A stretch of 64,000 bases of DNA from an uncultured Pseudomonadales bacterium (GCA_964618725.1 CAZUBK010000001.1:68878-132877); one strand, 5' to 3'. Counted from the stretch's first letter, positions 1 through 9,140 are shown. Numbers and translations are program-made. Notes: a model not told the origin generated them from the letters alone.

Positions 1-1
1 A

Positions 2-75
2 GCGTCCATAGCTCAGTCGGATAGAGCAACTGCCTTCTAAGCAGTAGGTCGCTGGTTCGAATCCAGCTGGACGCA
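2..75 (+). tRNA. tRNA-Arg (anticodon TCT)
   Basis: Cloverleaf read by eye: acceptor gcgtcca/tggacgc, D-arm tagctcagtcggatagagc, anticodon stem actgc/gcagt with loop cttctaa, T-arm ggttcgaatcc. No encoded CCA. Confidence 0.85.
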
Positions 76-111
76 CTATCGAACTTAAACCCAAGGTGTT
101 AAATTTGTTGC

Positions 112-780
112 ATGGACATAATTGAAGATTCCCAAACAATATCTGCAGCAAAGGAAAATAATGATTCCCAAAACTCTAGCAAACGAATGGGCGTAGAAGC
201 TACTTATATGAGTGATAGGGGCGTCTTCGAATATCTTGATCGTCTGGGTATTTCTGAAAGAGATCTCGATGATCCAAACATAATAGTGATGGATCTTGGA
301 GCAGGTGCAGAACAAGACTTCGCTAAACAAGTTCGACAGTTGGAACTAAAGTGTAAGGTTATATCTATTGACCCACGACTTGGTTTATCTATAGATAAAG
401 ATCTTTCTATACCTGGAACTGATCGAGAAAAGAGATTAAAAGGAAGACTAAATCCAGAAAAGAACTCATTAGCTGCTATTGGTAATAATTTACCTTTCGC
501 CAAAGAATCTTTTTCTCGGATCTATGCCATGTACTCTGTACCATATTATTTAGAGACCGCGGAAGAAATTGAGGAGCTTTTTTCTGAAGTACTGCGTGTC
601 CTGAAATCTGAGGGTGAATATCGAGCATATCCAATAGATGGTGGTCAAAAGAAGATAATTGAGAAGGTTCTGGGTGAAAGAATGAGTATAGATTACGAGT
701 TTCTATTGAAAGAAATCGAAGAGGACGGCTCCGAGGATTGGACGCTGATATTAAAGAAATTGCCTGTCCAAGCTCTTTAG
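112..780 (+). CDS. Class I SAM-dependent methyltransferase
   Basis: 222-aa ORF. Motif I VMDLGAGAEQDF and motif II-like NNLPFAKESFSRIYAMY, typical of Rossmann-fold methyltransferases. Confidence 0.6.
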   Translation: MDIIEDSQTISAAKENNDSQNSSKRMGVEATYMSDRGVFEYLDRLGISERDLDDPNIIVMDLGAGAEQDFAKQVRQLELKCKVISIDPRLGLSIDKDLSIPGTDREKRLKGRLNPEKNSLAAIGNNLPFAKESFSRIYAMYSVPYYLETAEEIEELFSEVLRVLKSEGEYRAYPIDGGQKKIIEKVLGERMSIDYEFLLKEIEEDGSEDWTLILKKLPVQAL

Positions 781-954
781 CAAGATATCAATCTTGGCAA
801 TGTCAACATTCGTTTTAACTAATTTGTCTGTTCTGAATGCGTCTAGTAGAGGGCACCAAATTGGAGTTAAAACTATGGAATTCTTTTGCTATGCTAGTTT
901 TGACACAAGAGATTGATAGTTACAAATTTATTGAAATGGTGATATAGTAAGACT

Positions 955-1383
955 ATGGGAAATTTTAAACAAGGTAGTCGGTTTGGTGGTTCGAGGTTTG
1001 GAGGTAGAAGAGACTTTAGCGACAGAGGGTCGGAGAGAACCATGTATAAAGCAGTGTGTGACAACTGTGGACGAGACTGCGAAGTCCCTTTTCAACCAAC
1101 AAGCGGTAAGCCAGTGTTTTGTAGTGACTGTTTCAAGAAGAGACTTAATGCGGGGGGGGATAGGCCGGAAAGGCGAGACTCTGGACGTGACTTTAATCGG
1201 GATGGACGAAGGTCAGCTCAAAATGAGCAGCTTGAGGTAGTCAACGCAAAGCTAGACAAGATACTCAGAATGTTGGAAGGAAATAAGGTCATTACAGAGA
1301 CTAAAGAAGAGGTTACTAAACCTAAGCTGAAAGCAAAGAAGAAGGTAACTACAAAAAAGAAGTCTGTAAGTAAGAAGAAATAG
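955..1383 (+). CDS. CxxC...CxxC zinc-ribbon protein with Arg/Gly-rich N-terminus and Lys-rich C-terminal tail
   Basis: 142 aa. The segment MYKAVCDNCGRDCEVPFQPTSGKPVFCSDCF contains two CxxC pairs. N-terminal RFGGSRFGGRR repeats and a KKK-rich tail suggest nucleic-acid binding. Confidence 0.55.
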   Translation: MGNFKQGSRFGGSRFGGRRDFSDRGSERTMYKAVCDNCGRDCEVPFQPTSGKPVFCSDCFKKRLNAGGDRPERRDSGRDFNRDGRRSAQNEQLEVVNAKLDKILRMLEGNKVITETKEEVTKPKLKAKKKVTTKKKSVSKKK

Positions 1384-1400
1384 ATTTGGGGTGTTGACAA

Positions 1401-1943
1401 GTGATACATTACCCTGCTACGTTGTCAGCTATGAAGAAAGAATATTTGGGTGGCTTACTGGTTCTGGGTTTAGTGATTGGTTTTCTGGGGCGAAATCAAA
1501 TAAGAAGTATCCTCGGAGTATCCTCTACTCGTGAGGTGGAAGAGACTACCGGAGTAACGGTTACGGAAGAAGTACCAACACCGGCAACGGCTCCTGTGAT
1601 AAATGGAGGTGACGCATTGAAACCAAAAACAATGCCTGGAAGAGGAACATACTGGACCACACCCGAGGGATTTGCCTTGTATACCTATGACATAGATACC
1701 AACGCGTCAACAGAGAACTGCACAGGTGTATGCGCTAAGAGGTGGCCGGCATATGTGCTGAAAGGCGAGGCGCCGAAAACTTTGCCCAAAGACGTGACTT
1801 TAGTTCAACGAGTTGACGGGGCCATGCAATTTACTTTTAAAAGCATGCCGTTGTACCGTAATGTTAAGGATGAGTCTCCTGATGATATGACAGGAGACGG
1901 AGCTGATGGTCGCTGGCGCTTGGCCCGACCAGATGCCTCTTAA
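1401..1943 (+). CDS. Secreted/lipoprotein of the COG4315-like family (Yx[FWY]xxD repeats)
   Basis: 180 aa. GTG start at 1401, with ATG 1431 (MKKEYLGG) as an alternative. N-terminal hydrophobic anchor followed by repeats resembling TYWTTPEGFALYTYDIDT and RWPAYVL...MPLYRNVKDES. Confidence 0.5.
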   Translation: MIHYPATLSAMKKEYLGGLLVLGLVIGFLGRNQIRSILGVSSTREVEETTGVTVTEEVPTPATAPVINGGDALKPKTMPGRGTYWTTPEGFALYTYDIDTNASTENCTGVCAKRWPAYVLKGEAPKTLPKDVTLVQRVDGAMQFTFKSMPLYRNVKDESPDDMTGDGADGRWRLARPDAS

Positions 1944-1957
1944 CTTAAAAAGTTACG

Positions 1958-1997
1958 CAAAAAAAGCAGTAGATTTTCTTACTGCTTTTTTTTCGGA
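1958..1997 (+). terminator. Rho-independent terminator
   Basis: Hairpin aaaagcagtag...ctactgctttttttt followed by a T-run. Confidence 0.6.
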
Positions 1998-2083
1998 CTA
2001 GTTAATTTTCTTTTTGTTTCTTATAGGGATAATTGTGTTATCATTCTGGCAATAGCACTTTAATTCATTGGGGGAGAGAGGGA

Positions 2084-2809
2084 ATGAAATCTTTCTTTAC
2101 ATTGAGAAATTTGGTAATGTTCATTCTTTTAGTTGCTTCGATTACTTGGCTAGGCTTCAATTGGGATATGGCTTTGGTGATAGGTTTATCTGTATTCATT
2201 CATGAATTTGGTCACGTTTGGATGTTTCAGCGTTTGGGAATTTCGATTACACGGGTGAGTTTTATCCCTTTTTTTGGTGCCTCCGTCTCCCCAGGTAGGG
2301 AAATACTAGAGAGTAAAAACAAGGAGTTTTGGGGTACCCTATGGGGACCGGTGACTGGATCACTATTGGGTATTCTGACAGCAGTGGGTTATTTGGTAGT
2401 TCCAGATAACCGATTACTCATGGCAGCCATTATTATTGTGGGGCTTAATATCCTGAATATGTTGCCTTTTATGCCACTTGATGGCGGCATGATGATAACA
2501 GCAATATTGCGGTCAAGAAAAAAGGGGCCTTTGAAAATCTTTTATCTGGTAACAGTACTAGCCGAACTCATTTTGTTGGTTCAGACAGGAAATCTGCTAA
2601 TAATCTTTCTTCTCGTAATTGGCCTGATTGGACTACATAGTACTTTTGACAGCGCCATACTAGATCTAGGTTTTATGACAAAGAATGAGATTTTGGTGAA
2701 TTTTTTTGCATACAATTTCAGCCTGGCAGTACTAACTGGTTTTATGCTTTTTCTGTTAGGGGAAATAGGGGGTTGGGCTGTTTTTGTTGAATTAGTGAAG
2801 ACCGGTTAA
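2084..2809 (+). CDS. Peptidase M50 (site-2 protease-like) membrane metalloprotease
   Basis: HEFGHVW (HExxH) in a transmembrane segment plus downstream NMLPFMPLDGG (LDG motif). Multiple TM helices. RBS ggagagaggg precedes ATG 2084; the track's longer ORF begins at 2033. Confidence 0.6.
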   Translation: MKSFFTLRNLVMFILLVASITWLGFNWDMALVIGLSVFIHEFGHVWMFQRLGISITRVSFIPFFGASVSPGREILESKNKEFWGTLWGPVTGSLLGILTAVGYLVVPDNRLLMAAIIIVGLNILNMLPFMPLDGGMMITAILRSRKKGPLKIFYLVTVLAELILLVQTGNLLIIFLLVIGLIGLHSTFDSAILDLGFMTKNEILVNFFAYNFSLAVLTGFMLFLLGEIGGWAVFVELVKTG

Positions 2810-2810
2810 A

Positions 2811-2847
2811 CGAAAAGAACCACTCCTAAGGGAGTGGTTTTTTGTAT
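2811..2847 (+). terminator. Rho-independent terminator
   Basis: accactcctaagggagtggttttttg hairpin plus T-run. Confidence 0.6.
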
Positions 2848-2889
2848 CATGGGCAGGAAAAGCCCGAGATGGTAAAATGGACTGGTCTT

Positions 2890-2967
2890 GGTGGCCATAG
2901 CTTAGTTGGCTAAAGCGCCTCCCTGTGGAGGAGGAGATCGGGGGTTCGAGTCCCCTTGGTCACCCCA
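2890..2967 (+). tRNA. tRNA-His (anticodon GTG) with G-1 and encoded CCA
   Basis: Extra 5' G pairs with C73. Anticodon stem cctcc/ggagg, loop ctgtgga. T-arm ggttcgagtcc. 3' end ...caccCCA. Confidence 0.85.
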
Positions 2968-3141
2968 AGATTTTCCTTACTATCGTATGAGCCATGGAAA
3001 TATAGACTACTTCACGATCCTCAAAAAGGTTGACTTCAAGTGCTTGGTGATACGAACTGTTGCCTTCCAAGTTACTGAAGTTATGTGTTAAAATGTAGTA
3101 ATGCATAGAGTCATTATTTAGACCCTCTATGTGAAGTTATT

Positions 3142-3342
3142 ATGATGACCGGAACAGTCAAGACAAAAACTGACAGGGGCTTTGGGTTTATTTCAAGAGA
3201 AGGCGAAGACAAAGATCTTTTCTTTCATTCCAACGACTTGGTAGGAATCTCTTTTGAGGATCTACAAGTTGGCTCTCCTGTTACCTTTGAAATCGTAGTC
3301 GGTGAAAAAGGTCCAGCTGCTAAAAATATTAAGCTCGCTTAA
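3142..3342 (+). CDS. Cold-shock protein (CspA family)
   Basis: 66 aa. GTVKTKTDRGFGFISREGEDKDLFFH matches the cold-shock domain RNP1/RNP2 signatures. Confidence 0.8.
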   Translation: MMTGTVKTKTDRGFGFISREGEDKDLFFHSNDLVGISFEDLQVGSPVTFEIVVGEKGPAAKNIKLA

Positions 3343-3358
3343 GATATAGCTGACATAA

Positions 3359-3402
3359 ACTGACAACCCCAGGTCCTATAGTTGACCTGGGGTTGTTTTG
3401 GG
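3359..3402 (+). terminator. Rho-independent terminator
   Basis: acaaccccaggtc...gacctggggttgtttt. Confidence 0.7.
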
Positions 3403-3452
3403 TATAGAATGTATCGAGCTGAATTCCATATATTCTAGACAAGGAGAGTTAT

Positions 3453-3623
3453 ATGCTTGTTTATATGGGCACCGCGATCATCATCGTCAGCCTGATTGCC
3501 TTCATGATTGCCGCACTATTTAATGTCTTGGTTGGATTTTGGATCTTTATTCCTTTAGGGTTCGGCCTTATCATTCAAATGATTGGATATTGGCAAAACT
3601 GGCCACGCTATCCAAGGATATAG
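3453..3623 (+). CDS. Small (56 aa) two-helix membrane protein; absent from the ORF track (under 60 aa)
   Basis: Strong RBS aaggagag 5 nt before ATG 3453. Hydrophobic throughout (MLVYMGTAIIIVSLIAFMIAALFNVLVGFWIFIPLGFGLIIQMIGYWQNWPRYPRI). Followed by terminator hairpin gagtcccccggttggggggctc plus T-run. Confidence 0.4.
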   Translation: MLVYMGTAIIIVSLIAFMIAALFNVLVGFWIFIPLGFGLIIQMIGYWQNWPRYPRI

Positions 3624-3649
3624 TAGGCTTACGAGGCTTGTTTATGAGT

Positions 3650-3685
3650 CCCCCGGTTGGGGGGCTCTTTCTATATTATGGCTAG
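3650..3685 (+). terminator. Rho-independent terminator
   Basis: 9-bp GC stem gagtccccc/gggggGctc, loop ggtt, then tttctatatt. Confidence 0.55.
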
Positions 3686-3741
3686 TTTGGTAAAATTGAG
3701 GATGTATCCGAAGCTATAAGGTGTAGCAACCAACACGGTAT

Positions 3742-3813
3742 GGGTTCGTAGCTCAATGGTAGAGCAATTCCCTCTTAAGGAAGCGGTTGTGGGTTCGACT
3801 CCCACCGGACCCA
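3742..3813 (+). tRNA. tRNA-Lys (anticodon CTT)
   Basis: Acceptor gggttcg/cggaccc, anticodon loop ctcttaa, T-arm gtggg ttcgact cccac. Confidence 0.8.
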
Positions 3814-3878
3814 CATGTGTTTTGGAAGGGTGCAGGTTCGAGTCCTGCCGGATACGTAAGAGATATACTGAGGAAGTT

Positions 3879-3952
3879 GCACCCGTAGCTCAGCTGGATA
3901 GAGCATCTGACTTCGGATCAGAGGGTCGGGGGTTCAAATCCCTCCGGGTGCA
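3879..3952 (+). tRNA. tRNA-Arg (anticodon TCG)
   Basis: Acceptor gcacccg/cgggtgc, anticodon stem tctga/tcaga with loop cttcgga, T-arm ggttcaaatcc. Confidence 0.8.
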
Positions 3953-3976
3953 CAAGTGGTGTAGGATATATGAAGA

Positions 3977-4285
3977 ATGAAGAGTGACTTTTGTGAGTTG
4001 GCGAGAAGCGTTTACGAGCTAATAGATACAGAGCTAAAAGGAGTTGAGTCAGGAAAGTTGGATGTCATTGAGGCATATCCAAAATTAGTTGTCTCTTGTG
4101 AATTTCTTCGATATATTCGGGGAGAGTTTTTTAGTTTTTCACGACCGCCTCTTTTGGACTGCCAAAAAGAACTGTATCGACTGGAAGATGAAGTATCTGG
4201 ACGAGTTGAACAACTAAGAAAGAAGCTCGATTTGAGGGACCCTAGAACGAAGTATTTTTTTAGATCTGACGAAGAGGCTTTTTGA
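3977..4285 (+). CDS. Hypothetical protein (102 aa)
   Basis: ORF only; no motif recognised. Confidence 0.35.
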   Translation: MKSDFCELARSVYELIDTELKGVESGKLDVIEAYPKLVVSCEFLRYIRGEFFSFSRPPLLDCQKELYRLEDEVSGRVEQLRKKLDLRDPRTKYFFRSDEEAF

Positions 4286-4322
4286 CTGAATTCCCTTGTG
4301 GATAGGTCTATGATATTAATAG

Positions 4323-5510
4323 ATGAGTATGAAGAGGATAGAAGGGGATAATCATTTAGCAAATGTTTTGACCGAGTTAAGAAACCGGGCGGAAGTGTAC
4401 TTTCCTGGTGCTAGATTTGCCTCTGTATATTCCCCTACTGAGAAAGAGATGGTGCTTGTTCCTATTGCAGAGGCTTTGGTTTCACAGTTTGGACATGGAG
4501 TCGATTATGCTTCTGGGGTGTTTGAAGGAAGTAGCGCAATGATAAATGAGAGAACAGGTGTCCCCCATGTAATTTTGCTTGAACAACGAAATAGGAGGTT
4601 ATTTCACCGATCTCTGCCAGCAAGGGGATACGAGGCCCCTGTAAGCGAAGAGGCATTTGCATTGGCAACACTTAATCTTATTGTGGCGAACGGCCTAGAT
4701 CTTTTTAAAAATCCTAATGGAGAAGAAGGTTTTGTGAGGGCTTATATTAGGCCCACTATGTATCCGGCCACTTTGGCTGGATATGGAATCAGTATGCGAA
4801 AGGAATATCCCGTTGATGCTGGCATTATTGCCTGGGCGTGGCCAGATTACTTGGATCATACTTTGGCAACTCGCGGGGGTGTTTGCGCGATCACAGGACA
4901 CCAAAGACTCTTTAAGGTAACTGGTAAACACGCTAGTAACTACGGAGCTGCTGTGAAGGACGGTGGATTGGCGAGGTCACGTGAAGCGGACGAGCTGATT
5001 TATCTAGCACCATATTTAATAGACAAAGATGGACATCTGTATTGGGATGATCCAAACAACTTGGAGGCAAAATTAAGAGATGGTGTAATTTGCGATGGAC
5101 CCGGAGAGGAGTGTGTTGCACTGACGAAAGACCAGAAGACTTTGATTTATCCACCAATGACAACAAATAGATTGGGAGGAACGGTATTGCAATACATTAT
5201 TGATCATATGGCCAAGAATGTGGGACTCGAGACCAGAGAGGGTGAAATTACTTTGCATGATATAAGGACGGGAAAGTATGCAGGGTTGGCGATGGTTGGC
5301 AATGCGGTCAAAGTGACACCGATGAGGCAGATTAACTTGCAGAGTCCACTGGGATGGGAAGAAAAAATTCGTTTCTTTGCTGAAAATAACGTGCCGGAGA
5401 AACTCGATGAGTTGAGAGTTAGATGGGAAAACGAGACGAGAGGACTTGTCGATCCAAGTCATCCTAGTCTGTTGACTTCGGTCGAGGATTTCAATCTTGA
5501 TGTGGTTTGA
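4323..5510 (+). CDS. Fold-type IV PLP-dependent aminotransferase-like protein (BCAT/class IV-like)
   Basis: 395 aa. Runs of similarity to IlvE read by eye: GVFEG...ILLEQRNRRLFHRS (compare FEGIR...HREHMQRLHDSA), AYIRP, and KHASNYGAAVKDGGLARSREADELIYL (compare KAGGNYLSSLLVGSEARRHGYQEGIALD). Confidence 0.55.
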   Translation: MSMKRIEGDNHLANVLTELRNRAEVYFPGARFASVYSPTEKEMVLVPIAEALVSQFGHGVDYASGVFEGSSAMINERTGVPHVILLEQRNRRLFHRSLPARGYEAPVSEEAFALATLNLIVANGLDLFKNPNGEEGFVRAYIRPTMYPATLAGYGISMRKEYPVDAGIIAWAWPDYLDHTLATRGGVCAITGHQRLFKVTGKHASNYGAAVKDGGLARSREADELIYLAPYLIDKDGHLYWDDPNNLEAKLRDGVICDGPGEECVALTKDQKTLIYPPMTTNRLGGTVLQYIIDHMAKNVGLETREGEITLHDIRTGKYAGLAMVGNAVKVTPMRQINLQSPLGWEEKIRFFAENNVPEKLDELRVRWENETRGLVDPSHPSLLTSVEDFNLDVV

Positions 5511-5595
5511 GCTCTTGACAGATACCTCCAGTTTGAGAGACTTGTTGTTTGGATGAGCTATATACAAAATCCAAAACCAGCTGAGAAAATTTAAT

Positions 5596-5623
5596 ACCGG
5601 GCGAAAGCCCTTTTTTTTCGGCT
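5596..5623 (+). terminator. Rho-independent terminator
   Basis: cgggcgaaagccc followed by T8. Confidence 0.7.
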
Positions 5624-5656
5624 TGTTTTTGAGAATTAACAATTAAAAGAGAAAAA

Positions 5657-7147
5657 ATGAAGAAAATGAAACTGAACATAGAAGGGAAAGTGGTGAGCCT
5701 GGGTTACTCGGAGCACTTTGCAAATCTGACACGAATGAACCAGAGCCTTAACTTTGGGGCGAGGGATAATTACATCAGTAGGGGGCTTCTTTATGTTGAT
5801 GTGCCGGAGATAGTCGGAATAACTGGGGCATGTGAGAATGTTGATACTTTGTTTAAAGTGGGTAACCGGATGGGGTTACCGCTTTTTTTTAGCCAAACGG
5901 GGCAGTTGGCGCTAGAGCAGACACTCCAGTCATTCCCGGGAGTCTTTACTGTGATTCATTCAGGAAGAGATGAGGAGATAGAGGATGAGCGACATTTAAG
6001 ACAATTTCGCTTAACCGAGGAAGAGTTTGATTGTACGATGGCTGGGATGGCAAGAGAGACGTATGACGAGGAGGTCATGTTTGAGGCGCTTTTGTCACAC
6101 ATTCAGGCTGCGGTACAGGCGATGATAGCAAGAGTGGTGGAGGACCGGGGAGAAGAACTGGAGCAAGTGTATGGTCGAGAGGTGAAAGCACTGAAATATG
6201 CCACCAAGAATGATTTCTTACGGATCAATTACGAAGATGCTGTTAACTTATTGCGAGAGAATGGATTTAAAAAGTTATGTTTTGGAGACGACTTGGGATC
6301 AGCTGAGGAAGCCAGAGTAGTGGAGATACTAAACAAAGGGAAGCAATTACCAGTATTTATTATGCGGTATCCCAAGGAAATAAAGTTCTTCAACATGAAG
6401 GTATCAGAAAAGGACCCTCGGGTAGTGCTGTCAGCAGACTTGGTCTTTCCTTTTGCTGGAGAGGGGGTCGGGAGTGCTGTCAGAGAGCACGATTATGAAC
6501 GATTAAATAAAAGATTGCTTGAGTCAACGATGTATCGGCTTCATATAGAAAGAGGAGGCAAGTATGGGGACTTTGGCTGGTACTTAAATATTGTCAAGGA
6601 CAAGGGAAGTAATCCTCATGCCGGATATGGTATAGGCAATGAAAGAGTAATGCAGTATATCCTCGGCGAAACTGATATTAGACGGGCGTCGATGTTTTCG
6701 TTACTAAATAGACAAACGGGAGATTGGGATGAGAGACATTACGGCCAAGCGGCGGTTTTGCAACAGCCTCAGCTTAAGATACTTCTTTCCATAGGTAAGA
6801 AAAGGAACAAAAGGATATTACTGCCGGAGATAAAGAGACTAATAGGAAGTGAGAGAGCAATTATTTATGCAACACAGAAGACGCATGAGTATCTTGAGAT
6901 GGAAGGAGTCAGAAGCCTACTAGTACATAAAATCTCGCAGTTGGACCATACACCTAATATTGCAGATCTGCTGAGCCGAAGAGTGTTTGACTTAATCGTT
7001 AATATTCCAACTCGAACTAAAGTACGGACAAGTGTAGAGTTTACCGACGGTAAATTAATCAGAAAGGGAGCGGTAGACTTGGGAATAAAGCTAATTACTG
7101 ATCCTGAGGTGGCGATCATGACATTGCGGAATTTGGCAAGAGAATAA
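5657..7147 (+). CDS. Class IIb aaRS-like catalytic core (AsnRS/AspRS-type, AsnA-like) fused to a C-terminal MGS-like domain
   Basis: 496 aa. Motif 2-like HSGRDEEIEDERHLRQFRLTEEEF, FIMRYPKEIKFFNMK, DLVFPFAGEGVGSAVREHDYERL, and motif 3 AGYGIGNERVMQYILGETDIRRASMF. No anticodon-binding OB domain. C-terminal ILLSIGKKRNKRILLPEIKRL...ATQKTHEYLEMEGV...DLIVNIPT resembles the MGS-like fold of CarB/PurH. Confidence 0.6.
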   Translation: MKKMKLNIEGKVVSLGYSEHFANLTRMNQSLNFGARDNYISRGLLYVDVPEIVGITGACENVDTLFKVGNRMGLPLFFSQTGQLALEQTLQSFPGVFTVIHSGRDEEIEDERHLRQFRLTEEEFDCTMAGMARETYDEEVMFEALLSHIQAAVQAMIARVVEDRGEELEQVYGREVKALKYATKNDFLRINYEDAVNLLRENGFKKLCFGDDLGSAEEARVVEILNKGKQLPVFIMRYPKEIKFFNMKVSEKDPRVVLSADLVFPFAGEGVGSAVREHDYERLNKRLLESTMYRLHIERGGKYGDFGWYLNIVKDKGSNPHAGYGIGNERVMQYILGETDIRRASMFSLLNRQTGDWDERHYGQAAVLQQPQLKILLSIGKKRNKRILLPEIKRLIGSERAIIYATQKTHEYLEMEGVRSLLVHKISQLDHTPNIADLLSRRVFDLIVNIPTRTKVRTSVEFTDGKLIRKGAVDLGIKLITDPEVAIMTLRNLARE

Positions 7148-7198
7148 CGTCTCGCTTAGAATCTGATTAAATGATCGTAGGAGAAAATCTAATCAGAT

Positions 7199-9103
7199 AT
7201 GGCAAAAATTGAAGTCTTAAAGACAAGAGAAAGCGAATATGCACAGTTAAAGTCAATAGAGAGGGAGATCAGAATTACTGGCGGATTCTGGCGATCTATA
7301 TTAGATACAAATCTTGAAGTAAGCTTACTCAGACAATATGAGGAGTGCGAGAAAACAGGAAGAATAGATAACTTTCGTCGAGCGGCGGGAATCCCGGTAG
7401 CGAGAGAGGAAAAAAGACAGATTGCTCCCGACTCGGATGTATACAAATGGGTAGAGGCGGCGAGTTATGCTTTGAGAGATAAAGAATTACCAGGACTGAC
7501 TGATAAGTTGAATGAAGTAATAGATTTGATTGTGGCAGCCCAATCGGAAGACGGGTATCTTAACACGATGTTTGTGGGGGAAAGAGTAAAAAGTCGCTTC
7601 AGTAATCTGCTTTGGGATCATGAGCTATATTGTGGAGGTCATCTGATTCAGGCGGCACTGGCGCATTGGCGAGCGACGGGTGAGACAGAATTACTAAATG
7701 TTGGACTGGCATTCGCCAATCATATCTGTGAGTACTTTGGTGAGGAAACACATCAAGGTACCTGTGGCCATCCCGAGATTGAGATGGCGTTGGTGGAACT
7801 ATATCGGGAAACGGGAGAGACAAAATATCTTAATCAAGCAGTTTTCTTTATCAACCAACGAGGGCGAATGCCACCCATCTTGAACGGGAGTAGTGGCATT
7901 CAGGACCATTTACCGATAAATGAACAGACAGAAGTAGCCGGTCATGCGGTAAGGCAATTGTATTTGATGGCGGGATTGGCCGATCTTTATATGGAGACAG
8001 GAGATGGGGCAATACTTTCAGCAATAGAGCAACAATGGCTGGACCTAACAAAGAGACGAATGGCAATTACAGGAGGGACTGGGTCAAGATATGCGGGAGA
8101 GTCATTTGGTTTACCATATGAGTTGCCAGACAGGACAGCTTACAATGAGACGTGTGCAGCAATTGCCAGCTTCATGTTTGCCTGGCGATTGTTACATATT
8201 AGGCCAAATGCGAGGATTGCCGATTTGATGGAGCAGACGCTATACAACGGCGTTCTGGCGGGTGTATCGCTAGACGGACAAAGTTACTTTTATGCGAATC
8301 CTCTAGAGCATCCAGGAGACGATAGTAGTATTCGAACATTTTATGGCAGTAATCAGAGGACGAGAGAGATGTGGGATCAGGTTCCTTGTTGCCCGCCTAA
8401 CTTGGCGAGAATTCTAGCCTCGTTACCTGACTATTTGTATACCAATACGCAAGGGACGATATATTGCCACTTGTTTGCTCAAAGTGAGGCCACATTTGAA
8501 ACAAAGAAGGGAAGGATTGGCCTTTCGCAGAGAACCAATTACCCTTGGGACGGGGAAGTGGAGTTGAGAGTTGAGACTGTGGACCCTGTTGAGCATGAAA
8601 TCGCACTTAGGATGCCTGGGTTTGCAGGCAAGGCGGTGATGGAGATAAATGGGGAAGAGCAAGAAGTTGTTATTGGAGAAGATGGATATGTAAGATTAGT
8701 TCGAGTCTGGCAGTCGGGTGACATTATTACTCTACAGATGGAGTTGTTAGTCAGAAAGATGGCTTCACACTCGCATTTGACGAGTCATGCCGGAAGTATC
8801 GCCTTAATGCGAGGACCGTTAGTTTACTGCCTTGAAGGAGTAGATCATTCCGACTGTGATATCTTTGATTTGGTGCTAGAGAAGACACAGGTTTTTGAGG
8901 AGGAATTTCGACCAGAGTTATTGAAAGGCATAATGACTCTTACGAGCACTGCCCTACTGAGATCCAAGTCTCCCGGACTGTATTTCCCGATTGATGGGCA
9001 AGAGGGAGAGAGTAAAGAGGTGGCGATAACGGCAATCCCCTATTTTGCCTGGGCGAATCGTGGCAGAAGTTCGATGAAGGTGTGGTTACCGTTGAAAACT
9101 TGA
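7199..9103 (+). CDS. Glycoside hydrolase family 127-like (DUF1680, beta-L-arabinofuranosidase-like)
   Basis: 634 aa. FWR, NFRRAAG, QLYLMAGLADLY and the Cys-rich VPCCPPNLARIL segment resemble the GH127 Zn/Cys active-site region. Confidence 0.5.
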   Translation: MAKIEVLKTRESEYAQLKSIEREIRITGGFWRSILDTNLEVSLLRQYEECEKTGRIDNFRRAAGIPVAREEKRQIAPDSDVYKWVEAASYALRDKELPGLTDKLNEVIDLIVAAQSEDGYLNTMFVGERVKSRFSNLLWDHELYCGGHLIQAALAHWRATGETELLNVGLAFANHICEYFGEETHQGTCGHPEIEMALVELYRETGETKYLNQAVFFINQRGRMPPILNGSSGIQDHLPINEQTEVAGHAVRQLYLMAGLADLYMETGDGAILSAIEQQWLDLTKRRMAITGGTGSRYAGESFGLPYELPDRTAYNETCAAIASFMFAWRLLHIRPNARIADLMEQTLYNGVLAGVSLDGQSYFYANPLEHPGDDSSIRTFYGSNQRTREMWDQVPCCPPNLARILASLPDYLYTNTQGTIYCHLFAQSEATFETKKGRIGLSQRTNYPWDGEVELRVETVDPVEHEIALRMPGFAGKAVMEINGEEQEVVIGEDGYVRLVRVWQSGDIITLQMELLVRKMASHSHLTSHAGSIALMRGPLVYCLEGVDHSDCDIFDLVLEKTQVFEEEFRPELLKGIMTLTSTALLRSKSPGLYFPIDGQEGESKEVAITAIPYFAWANRGRSSMKVWLPLKT

Positions 9104-9140
9104 CACCTTAGCCGATCTAGCTCAGGATAAAAGTGGGAAT

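Noticed and set aside
2906-3091. 61-aa ORF overlapping tRNA-His
   Set aside because: It lies entirely across a well-formed tRNA cloverleaf and its GC-rich T-arm, so it is a spurious translation.
5073-5642. 189-aa minus-strand ORF antisense to the aminotransferase-like gene
   Set aside because: It overlaps a motif-supported plus-strand gene and its composition is low-complexity. It is a likely shadow ORF.
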